64,000 nt of DNA from Auanema rhodensis (taxonomy: Eukaryota > Animalia > Nematoda). A program made the position numbers and the translations under genes. The notes under the pieces were generated by a model that made no database searches, had not been told where the DNA came from, and saw only the letters and a list, made by a program, of their open reading frames with translations. The stretch lies in the NCBI GenBank assembly GCA_964057225.1, contig OZ059898.1, positions 17,546,001 to 17,610,000 of the forward strand. The letters run 5' to 3'. Below, one piece after another: positions 1 through 11,583 of the stretch. How positions within the stretch are numbered: position 1 is the first letter of the stretch; every line of letters begins with the position of its first letter.

Positions 1-3000
1 TCGATTTTCACCCTGAAGAAATAATTTTTTCGTTGAATAACATTGTCCATCGTTTTTGCTTTGAAAAAAGGAATCTAAAAACATCTACTTTTTGCTAAAT
101 TATTTTGAAATTTTTCGAAAAAATTTTTGTCAAAATGTTTTTGGAAGCAATGTTGAGTGTACATGGAAACTCAACATACACTAATGCATCATTTTTCAAA
201 CGATCATAACTAATTTCTGTATTAAGCGTTTCTCAATGTAGTATAGTGCATTCGATGCGGATTTTTAAGCTGCGTCGATCTGTGTTATCAGATTTGCGCA
301 AGCTTAAAAATGCACCGAGACATCAACTGATATAAGTTCACACTGATATCCTCGATTTTCACCCTGAAGAATTGATTTTTTCGTTGAATAACATTGTCCA
401 TCGTCTTTGCCTTGAAAAAAGGCATCTAAAAACATCTACTTTTTGCTAAATTATTTCGAAATTTTTCGAAAAAATTTTTGTCAAAATGTTTTTGGAAGCA
501 ATGTTGTGTGTACATGGAAACTCAACATACACTAATGCATCATTTTTCAAACGACCATAACTAATTTTTGTATTAAGCGTTTCTCAATGTAGTATAGTGC
601 ATTCGATGCGGATTTTTAAGTTGCGTCGATCTGTGTTATCAGATTTGCGCTAGCTTAAAAATGCACCGAGACATCAACTGATATAAGTTCACACTTATAT
701 CCTCGATTTTCACCCTGAAGAATTTATTTTTTCGTTGAATAACATTGTCCATCGTCTTTGCCTTGAAAAAAGGCATCTAAAAACATCTACTTTTTGCTAA
801 ATTATTTCGAAATTTTTCGAAAAAATTTTTGTCAAAATGTTTTTGGAAGCAATGTTGAGCGTACATGGAAACTCAACATACACTAATGCATCATTTTTCA
901 AACGATCATAACTAATTTTTGTATCAAGCGTTTCTCAATGTAGTATAGTGCATTCGATGCGGATTTTTAAGTTGCGTCGATCTGTGTTATCAGATTTGCG
1001 CTAGCTTAAAAATGCACCGAGATATCAATTGATATAAGTTCACACTTATATCCTCGATTTTCACCCTGAAGAAATAATTTTTTCGTTGAATAACATTGTC
1101 CATCGTCTTTGCCTTGAAAAAAGGCATCTAAAAACATCTACTTTATGCTAAATTATTTCAAAATTTTTCGAAAAAATTTTTGTCAAAATGTTTTTGGAAG
1201 CAATGTTGTGTGTACATGGAAACTCAACATACACTAATGCATCATTTTTCAAACGACCATAACTAATTTTTGTATTAAGCGTTTCGCAATGTAGTATAGT
1301 GCATTCGATGCGGATTTTTAAGTTGCGTCGATCTGTGTTATCAGATTTGCGCTAGCTTAAAAATGCACCGAGACATCAACTGATATAAGTTCACACTTAT
1401 ATCCTCGATTTTCACCCTGAAGAATTTATTTTTTCGTTGATTAACATTGTCCATCGTCTTTGCCTTGAAAAAAGGAATCTAAAAACATCTACTTTTTGCT
1501 AAATTATTCTGAAATTTTTCGAAAAAATTTTTGTCAAAATGTTTTTGGAAGCAATGTTGAGTGTACATGGAAACTCAACATACACTAATGCATCATTTTT
1601 CAAACGATCATAACAAGTTTTTGTATCAAGCGTTTCTCAATGTAGTATAGTGCATTCGATGCGGATTTTTAAGCTGCGTCGATCTGTGTTATCAGATTTG
1701 CGCTAGCTTAAAAATGCACCGAGATATCAATTGATATAAGTTCACACTTATATCCTCGATTTTCACCCTGAAGAAATAATTTTTTCGTTGAATAACATTG
1801 TCCATCGTCTTTGCCTTGAAAAAAGGAATCTAAAAACATCTACTTTTTGCTAAATTATTTTGAAATTTTTCGAAAAAATTTTTGTCAAAATGTTTTTGGA
1901 AGCAATGTTGAGCGTACATGGAAACTCAACATACACTAATGCATCATTTTTCAAACGATCATAACTAATTTTTGTATCAAGCGTTTCTCAATGTAGTATA
2001 GTGCATTCGATGCGGATTTTTAAGCTGCGTCGATCTGTGTTATCAGATTTGCGCTAGCTTAAAAATGCACCGAGATATCAATTGATATAAGTTCACACTT
2101 ATATCCTCGATTTTCACCCTGAAGAAATAATTTTTTCGTTGAATAACATTGTCCATCGTCTTTGCCTTGAAAAAACGAATCTAAAAACATCTACTTTTTG
2201 CTAAATTATTCTGAAATTTTTCAAAAAAATTTCTGTCAAAATGTTTTTGGAAGCAATGTTGAGTGTACATGGAAACTCAACATACACTAATGCATCATTT
2301 TTCAAACGATCATAACTAATTTCTGTATTAAGCGTTTCTCAATGTAGTATAGTGCATTCGATGCGGATTTTTAAGCTGCGTCGATCTGTGTTATCAGATT
2401 TGCGCAAGCTTAAAAATGCACCGAGACATCAACTGATATAAGTTCACACTGATATCCTCGATTTTCACCCTGAAGAATTGATTTTTTCGTTGAATAACAT
2501 TGTCCATCGTCTTTGCCTTGAAAAAAGGCATCTAAAAACATCTACTTTTTGCTAAATTATTCTGAAATTTTTCGAAAAAATTTTTGTCAAAATGTTTTTG
2601 GAAGCAATGTTGAGTGTACATGGAAACTCAACATACACTAATGCATCATTTTTCAAACGATCATAACAAATTTTTGTATTAAGCGTTTCTCAATGTAGTA
2701 TAGTGCATTCGATGCGGATTTTTAAGCTGCGTCGATTTGTGTTATCAGATTTGCGCTAGCTTAAAAATGCACCGAGACATCAACTGATATAAGTTCACAC
2801 TTATATCCTCGATTTTCACCCTGAAGAAATAATTTTTTCGTTGAATAACATTGTCCATCGTTTTTGCTTTGAAAAAAGGAATCTAAAAACATCTACTTTT
2901 TGCTAAATTATTTTGAAATTTTTCGAAAAAATTTTTGTCAAAATGTTTTTGGAAGCAATGTTGAGTGTACATGGAAACTCAACATACACTAATGCATCAT

Positions 3001-6000
3001 TTTTCAAACGATCATAACTAATTTCTGTATTAAGCGTTTCTCAATGTAGTATAGTGCATTCGATGCGGATTTTAAAGCTGCGTCGATCTGTGTTATCAGA
3101 TTTGCGCAAGCTTAAAAATGCACCGAGACATCAACTGATATAAGTTCACACTGATATCCTCGATTTTCACCCTGAAGAATTGATTTTTTCGTTGAATAAC
3201 ATTGTCCATCGTCTTTGCCTTGAAAAAAGGCATCTAAAAACATCTACTTTTTGCTAAATTATTTCGAAATTTTTCGAAAAAATTTTTGTCAAAATGTTTT
3301 TGGAAGCAATGTTGTGTGTACATGGAAACTCAACATACACTAATGCATCATTTTTCAAACGACCATAACTAATTTTTGTATTAAGCGTTTCTCAATGTAG
3401 TATAGTGCATTCGATGCGGATTTTTAAGTTGCGTCGATCTGTGTTATCAGATTTGCGCTAGCTTAAAAATGCACCGAGACATCAACTGATATAAGTTCAC
3501 ACTTATATCCTCGATTTTCACCCTGAAGAATTTATTTTTTCGTTGAATAACATTGTCCATCGTCTTTGCCTTGAAAAAAGGAATCTAAAAACATCTACTT
3601 TTTGCTAAATTATTCTGAAATTTTTCGAAAAAATTTTTGTCAAAATGTTTTTGGAAGCAATGTTGAGCGTACATGGAAACTCAACATACACTAATGCATC
3701 ATTTTTCAAACGATCATAACTAATTTTTGTATCAAGCGTTTCTCAATGTAGTATAGTGCATTCGATGCGGATTTTTAAGCTGCGTCGATCTGTGTTATCA
3801 GATTTGCGCTAGCTTAAAAATGCACCGAGATATCAATTGATATAAGTTCACACTTATATCCTCGATTGTCACCCTGAAGAAATAATTTTTTCGTTGAATA
3901 ACATTGTCCATCGTCTTTGCCTTGAAAAAAGGAATCTAAAAACATCTACTTTTTGCTAAATTATTCTGAAATTTTTCGAAAAAATTTTTGTCAAAATGTT
4001 TTTGGAAGCAATGTTGAGTGTACATGGAAACTCAACATACACTAATGCATCATTTTTCAAACGATCATAACAAGTTTTTGTATTAAGCGTTTCTCAATGT
4101 AGTATAGTGCATTCGATGCGGATTTTTAAGCTGCGTCGATCTGTGTTATCAGATTTGCGCTAGCTTAAAAATGCACCGAGACATCAACTGATATAAGTTC
4201 ACACTTATATCATCGATTTTCACCCTGAAGAAATAATTTTTTCGTTGAATAACATTGTCCATCGTTTTTGCTTTGAAAAAAGGAATCTAAAAACATCTAC
4301 TTTTTGCTAAATTATTTTGAAATTTTTCGAAAAAATTTTTGTCAAAATGTTTTTGGAAGCAATGTTGAGTGTACATGGAAACTCAACATACACTAATGCA
4401 TCATTTTTCAAACGATCATAACTAATTTTTGTATCAAGCGTTTCTCAATGTAGTATAGTGCATTCGATGCGGATTTTTAAGCTGCGTCGATCTGTGTTAT
4501 CAGATTTGCGCTAGCTTAAAAATGCACCGAGATATCAATTGATATAAGTTCACACTTATATCCTCGATTTTCACCCTGAAGAAATAATTTTTTCGTTGAA
4601 TAACATTGTCCATCGTCTTTGCCTTGAAAAAAGGCATCTAAAAACATCTACTTTATGCTAAATTATTTCAAAATTTTTCGAAAAAATTTTTGTCAAAATG
4701 TTTTTGGAAGCAATGTTGAGTGTACATGGAAACTCAACATACACTAATGCATCATTTTTCAAACGACCATAACTAATTTTTGTATTAAGCGTTTCTCAAT
4801 GTAGTATAGTGCATTCGATGCGGATTTTTAAGCTGCGTCGATCTGTGTTATCAGATTTGCGCAAGCTTAAAAATGCACCGAGATATCAACTGATATAAGT
4901 TCACACTGATATCCTCGATTTTCACCCTGAAGAATTGATTTTTTCGTTGAATAACATTGTCCATCGTCTTTGCCTTGAAAAAAGGCATCTAAAAACATCT
5001 ACTTTTTGCTAAATTATTTCGAAATTTTTCGAAAAAATTTTTGTCAAAATGTTTTTGGAAGCAATGTTGTGTGTACATGGAAACTCAACATACACTAATG
5101 CATCATTTTTCAAACGATCATAACTAATTTTTGTATCAAGCGTTTCTCAATGTAGTATAGTGCATTCGATGCGGATTTTTAAGCTGCGTCGATCTGTGTT
5201 ATCAGATTTGCGCTAGCTTAAAAATGCACCGAGATATCAATTGATATAAGTTCACACTTATATCCTCGATTTTCACCCTGAAGAAATAATTTTTTCGTTG
5301 AATAACATTGTCCATCGTCTTTGCCTTAAAAAAAGGCATCTAAAAACATCTACTTTATGCTAAATTATTTCAAAATTTTTCGAAAAAATTTTTGTCAAAA
5401 TGTTTTTGGAAGCAATGTTGTGTGTACATGGAAACTCAACATACACTAATGCATCATTTTTCAAACGACCATAACTAATTTTTGTATTAAGCGTTTCTCA
5501 ATGTAGTATAGTGCATTCGATGCGGATTTTTAAGCTGCGTCGATCTGTGTTATCAGATTTGCGCTAGCTTAAAAATGCACCGAGATATCAATTGATATAA
5601 GTTCACACTTATATCCTCGATTTTCACCTTGAAGAAATAATTTTTTCGTTGAATAACATTGTCCATCGTCTTTGCCTTGAAAAAAGGAATCTAAAAACAT
5701 CTACTCTTTGCTAAATTATTCTGAAATTTTTCAAAAAAATTTTTGTCAAAATGTTTTTGGAAGCAATGTTGAGTGTACATGGAAACTCAACATACACTAA
5801 TGCAGCATTTTTCAAACGATCATAACTAATTTTTGTATCAAGCGTTTCTCAATGTAGTATAGTGAATTCGATGCGGATTTTTAAGCTGCGTCGATCTGTG
5901 TTATCAGATTTGCGCTAGCTTAAAAATGCACCGAGATATCAATTGATATAAGTTCACACTTATATCCTCGATTTTCACCCTGAAGAAATAATTTTTTCGT

Positions 6001-9000
6001 TGAATAACATTGTCCATCGTCTTTGCCTTGAAAAAAGGAATCTAAAAACATCTACTTTTTGCTAAATTATTTTGAAATTTTTCGAAAAAATTTTTGTCAA
6101 AATGTTTTTGGAAGCAATGTTGAGCGTACATGGAAACTCAACATACACTAATGCATCATTTTTCAAACGATCATAACTAATTTTTGTATCAAGCGTTTCT
6201 CAATGTAGTATAGTGCATTCGATGCGGATTTTTAAGCTGCGTCGATCTGTGTTATCAGATTTGCGCTAGCTTAAAAATGCACCGAGATATCAATTGATAT
6301 AAGTTCACACTTATATCCTCGATTTTCACCCTGAAGAAATAATTTTTTCGTTGAATAACATTGTCCATCGTCTTTGCCTTGAAAAAAGGAATCTAAAAAC
6401 ATCTACTCTTTGCTAAATTATTCTGAAATTTTTCAAAAAAATTTTTGTCAAAATGTTTTTGGAAGCAATGTTGAGTGTACATGGAAACTCAACATACACT
6501 AATGCAGCATTTTTCAAACGATCATAACTAATTTTTGTATCAAGCGTTTCTCAATGTAGTATAGTGAATTCGATGCGGATTTTTAAGCTGCGTCGATCTG
6601 TGTTATCAGATTTGCGCTAGCTTAAAAATGCACCGAGATATCAATTGATATAAGTTCACACTTATATCCTCGATTTTCACCCTGAAGAAATAATTTTTTC
6701 GTTGAATAACATTGTCCATCGTCTTTGCCTTGAAAAAAGGAATCTAAAAACATCTACTTTTTGCTAAATTATTTTGAAATTTTTCGAAAAAATTTTTGTC
6801 AAAATGTTTTTGGAAGCAATGTTGAGCGTACATGGAAACTCAACATACACTAATGCATCATTTTTCAAACGATCATAACTAATTTTTGTATCAAGCGTTT
6901 CTCAATGTAGTATAGTGCATTCGATGCGGATTTTTAAGCTGCGTCGATCTGTGTTATCAGATTTGCGCTAGCTTAAAAATGCACCGAGATATCAATTGAT
7001 ATAAGTTCACACTTATATCCTCGATTTTCACCCTGAAGAAATAATTTTTTCGTTGAATAACATTGTCCATCGTCTTTGCCTTGAAAAAACGAATCTAAAA
7101 ACATCTACTTTTTGCTAAATTATTCTGAAATTTTTCAAAAAAATTTTTGTCAAAATGTTTTTGGAAGCAATGTTGAGTGTACATGGAAACTCAACATACA
7201 CTAATGCATCATTTTTCAAACGATCATAACTAATTTCTGTATTAAGCGTTTCTCAATGTAGTATAGTGCATTCGATGCGGATTTTTAAGCTGCGTCGATC
7301 TGTGTTATCAGATTTGCGCAAGCTTAAAAATGCACCGAGATATCAATTGATATAAGTTCACACTTATATCCTCGATTTTCACCCTGAAGAAATAATTTTT
7401 TCGTTGAATAACATTGTCCATCGTCTTTGCCTTGAAAAAACGAATCTAAAAACATCTACTTTTTGCTAAATTATTTTGAAGTTTTTCGAAAAAATTTTTG
7501 TCAAAATGTTTTTGGAAGCAATGTTGAGTGTACATGGAAACTCAACATACACTAATGCATCATTTTTCAAACGATCATAACTAATTTCTGTATTAAGCGT
7601 TTCTCAATGTAGTATAGTGCATTCGATGCGGATTTTTAAGCTGCGTCGATCTGTGTTATCAGATTTGCGCAAGCTTAAAAATGCACCGAGACATCAACTG
7701 ATATAAGTTCACACTGATATCCTCGATTTTCACCCTGAAGAATTGATTTTTTCGTTGAATAACATTGTCCATCGTCTTTGCCTTGAAAAAAGGCATCTAA
7801 AAACATCTACTTTTTGCTAAATTATTTTGAAGTTTTTCGAAAAAATTTTTGTCAAAATGTTTTTGGAAGCAATGTTGTGTGTACATGGAAACTCAACATA
7901 CACTAATGCATCATTTTTCAAACGACCATAACTAATTTTTGTATTAAGCGTTTCTCAATGTAGTATAGTGCATTCGATGCGGATTTTTAAGTTGCGTCGA
8001 TCTGTGTTATCAGATTTGCGCTAGCTTAAAAATGCACCGAGACATCAACTGATATAAGTTCACACTTATATCCTCGATTTTCACCCTGAAGAATTTATTT
8101 TTTCGTTGAATAACATTGTCCATCGTCTTTGCCTTGAAAAAAGGAATCTAAAAACATCTACTTTTTGCTAAATTATTTTGAAATTTTTCGAAAAAATTTT
8201 TGTCAAAATGTTTTTGGAAGCAATGTTGAGTGTACATGGAAACTCAACATACACTAATGCATCATTTTTCAAACGATCATAACAAATTTCTGTATTAAGC
8301 GTTTCTCAATGTAGTATAGTGCATTCGATGCGGATTTTTAAGCTGCGTCGATCTGTGTTATCAGATTTGCGCTAGCTTAAAAATGCACCGAGATATCAAT
8401 TGATATAAGTTCACACATATATCCTCGATTTTCACCCTGAAGAAATAATTTTTTCGTTGAATAACATTGTCCATCGTCTTTGCCTTGAAAAAACGAATCT
8501 AAAAACATCTACTTTTTGCTAAATTATTTTGAAGTTTTTCGAAAAAATTTTTGTCAAAATGTTTTTGGAAGCAATGTTGAGTGTACATGGAAACTCAACA
8601 TACACTAATGCATCATTTTTCAAACGATCATAACTAATTTCTGTATTAAGCGTTTCTCAATGTAGTATAGTGCATTCGATGCGGATTTTTAAGCTGCGTC
8701 GATCTGTGTTATCAGATTTGCGCAAACTTAAAAATGCACCGAGACATCAACTGATATAAGTTCACACTGATATCCTCGATTTTCACCCTGAAGAATTGAT
8801 TTTTTCGTTGAATAACATTGTCCATCGTCTTTGCCTTGAAAAAAGGCATCTAAAAACATCTACTTTTTGCTAAATTATTTTGAAGTTTTTCGAAAAAATT
8901 TTTGTCAAAATGTTTTTGGAAGCAATGTTGTGTGTACATGGAAACTCAACATACACTAATGCATCATTTTTCAAACGACCATAACTAATTTTTGTATTAA

Positions 9001-11583
9001 GCGTTTCTCAATGTAGTATAGTGCATTCGATGCGGATTTTTAAGTTGCGTCGATCTGTGTTATCAGATTTGCGCTAGCTTAAAAATGCACCGAGACATCA
9101 ACTGATATAAGTTCACACTTATATCCTCGATTTTCACCCTGAAGAATTTATTTTTTCGTTGAATAACATTGTCCATCGTCTTTGCCTTGAAAAAAGGAAT
9201 CTAAAAACATCTACTTTTTGCTAAATTATTCTGAAATTTTTCGAAAAAATTTTTGTCAAAATGTTTTTGGAAGCAATGTTGTGTGTACATGGAAACTCAA
9301 CATACACTAATGCATCATTTTTCAAACGACCATAACTAATTTCTGTATTAAGCGTTTCTCAATGTAGTATAGTGCATTCGATGCGGCTTTTTAAGCTGCG
9401 TCGATCTGTGTTATCAGATTTGCGCAAACTTAAAAATGCACCGAGACATCAACTGATATAAGTTCACACTGATATCCTCGATTTTCACCCTGAAGAATTG
9501 ATTTTTTCGTTGAATAACATTGTCCATCGTCTTTGCCTTGAAAAAAGGCATCTAAAAACATCTACTTTTTGCTAAATTATTTTGAAGTTTTTCGAAAAAA
9601 TGTTTGTCAAAATGTTTTTGGAAGCAATGTTGAGTGTACATGGAAACTCAACATACACTAATGCATCATTTTTCGAACGATCATAACAAATTTTTGTATT
9701 AAGCGTTTTTCAATGTAGTATAGTGCATTCGATGCGGATTTTTAAGCTGCGTCGATTTGTGTTATCAGATTTGCGCTAGCTTAAAAATGCACCGAGACAT
9801 CAACTGATATAAGTTCACACTGATATCCTCGATTTTCACCCTGAAGAATTGATTTTTTCGTTGAATAACATTGTCCATCGTCTTTGCCTTGAAAAAAGGC
9901 ATCTAAAAACATCTACTTTTTGCTAAATTATTTCGAAATTTTTCGAAAAAATTTTTGTCAAAATGTTTTTGGAAGCAATGTTGAGTGTACATGGAAACTC
10001 AACATACACTAATGCATCATTTTTCAAACGATCATAACAAATTTTTGTATTAAGCGTTTCTCAATGTAGTATAGTGCATTCGATGCGGATTTTTAAGCTG
10101 CGTCGATCTGTGTTATCAGATTTGCGCTAGCTTAAAAATGCACCGAGACATCAACTGATATAAGTTCACACTTATATCCTCGATTTTCACCCTGAAGAAA
10201 TAATTTTTTCGTTGAATAGCATTGTCCATCGTTTTTGCTTTGAAAAAAGGAATCTAAAAACATCTACTTTTTGCTAAATTATTTTGAAATTTTTCGAAAA
10301 AATTTTTGTCAAAATGTTTTTGGAAGCAATGTTGAGTGTACATGGAAACTCAACATACACTAATGCATCATTTTTCAAACGATCATAACTAATTTTTGTA
10401 TCAAGCGTTTCTCAATGTAGTATAGTGCATTCGATGCGGATTTTTAAGCTGCGTCGATCTGTGTTATCAGATTTGCGCTAGCTTAAAAATGCACCGAGAT
10501 ATCAACTGATATAAGTTCACACTTATATCCTCGATTTTCACCCTGAAGAAATAATTTTTTCGTTGAATAACATTGTCCATCGTCTTTGCCTTGAAAAAAG
10601 GAATCTAAAAACATCTACTTTTTGCTAAATTATTCTGAAATTTTTCAAAAAAATTTTTGTCAAAATGTTTTTGGAAGCAATGTTGAGTGTACATGGAAAC
10701 TCAACATACACTAATGCATCATTTTTCAAACGATCATAACTAATTTTTGTATCAAGCGTTTCTCAATGTAGTATAGTGCATTTGATGCGGATTTTTAAGC
10801 TGCGTTGATCTGTGTTATCAGATTTGCGCTAGCTTAAAAATGCACCGAGACATCAACTGATATAAGTTCACACTTATATCCTCGATTTTCACCCTGAAGA
10901 AATTATTTTTTTTTTGAATAACATTGTCCATCGTCTTTGCCTTGAAAAAAGGAATCTAAAAACATCTACTTTTTGCTAAATTATTCTGAAATTTTTCGAA
11001 AAAATTTTTGTCAAAATGTTTTTGGAAGCAATGTTGAGTGTACATGGAAACTCAACATACACTAATGCATCATTATTCAAACGATCATAACTAATTTCTG
11101 TATTAAGCGTTTCTCAATGTAGTATAGTGCATTCGATGCGGATTTTTAAGCTGCGTCGATCTGTGTTATCAGATTTGCGCTAGCTTAAAAATGCACCGAG
11201 ACATCAACTGATATAAGTTCACACTTATATCCTCGATTTTCACCCTGAAGAAATAATTTTTTCGTTGAATAACATTGTCCATCGTCTTTGCCTTGAAAAA
11301 AGGAATCTAAAAACATCTACTTTTTGCTAAATTATTCTGAAATTTTTCGAAAAAATTTTTGTCAAAATGTTTTTGGAAGCAATGTTGAGTGTACATGGAA
11401 ACTCAACATACACTAATGCATCATTTTTCAAACGATCATAACTAATTTTTGTATTAAGCGTTACTCAATGTAGTATAGTGTATTCGATGCGGATTTTTAA
11501 GCTGCGTCGATCTGTGTTATCAGATTTGCGCTAGCTTAAAAATGCACCGAGACATCAACTGATATAAGTTCACACTTATATCC
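1..11583. repeat. Satellite sub-domain A (monomers 1-33): more heterogeneous, with its own variant set
   Basis: GGCATCT, GTTGTGTGTA, GAGCGTAC, ACGACC, GTATCAAGCG, AAGTTGCGT, GCGCAAGC, GAGACATC and CACTGATATC variants are common here and I do not see them past about 11.6 kb (last GAGACATC near 11550). Confidence 0.85.
5617..7020. repeat. Tandem duplication of 2 monomers (702 bp), monomers 17-18 and 19-20
   Basis: Private variants CTACTCTTTG, TGCAGCATT and GTGAATTC (EcoRI sites at 5864 and 6566) repeat at a 702-bp offset. Confidence 0.9.

Noticed and set aside
28-44. CENP-B box-like motif (TTTCGTTGAATAACATT)
   Set aside because: It matches the TTCG and the central A of NTTCGNNNNANNCGGGN but lacks CGGG entirely.
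1-351. Monomer as an ancient dimer of about 175-bp subunits
   Set aside because: The only similarity seen (TCGATTTTCA...TAATTTTT against TCATTTTTCA...TAATTTTT, about 188 apart) is weak and explainable by AT-richness. A self dot-plot against shuffled controls would be needed.
1-351. Assignment to a named satellite (Drosophila 1.688/359-bp family or tenebrionid beetle 340-360-bp satellites)
   Set aside because: The length and AT content are similar, but I do not recognise sequence identity. BLASTN is required.
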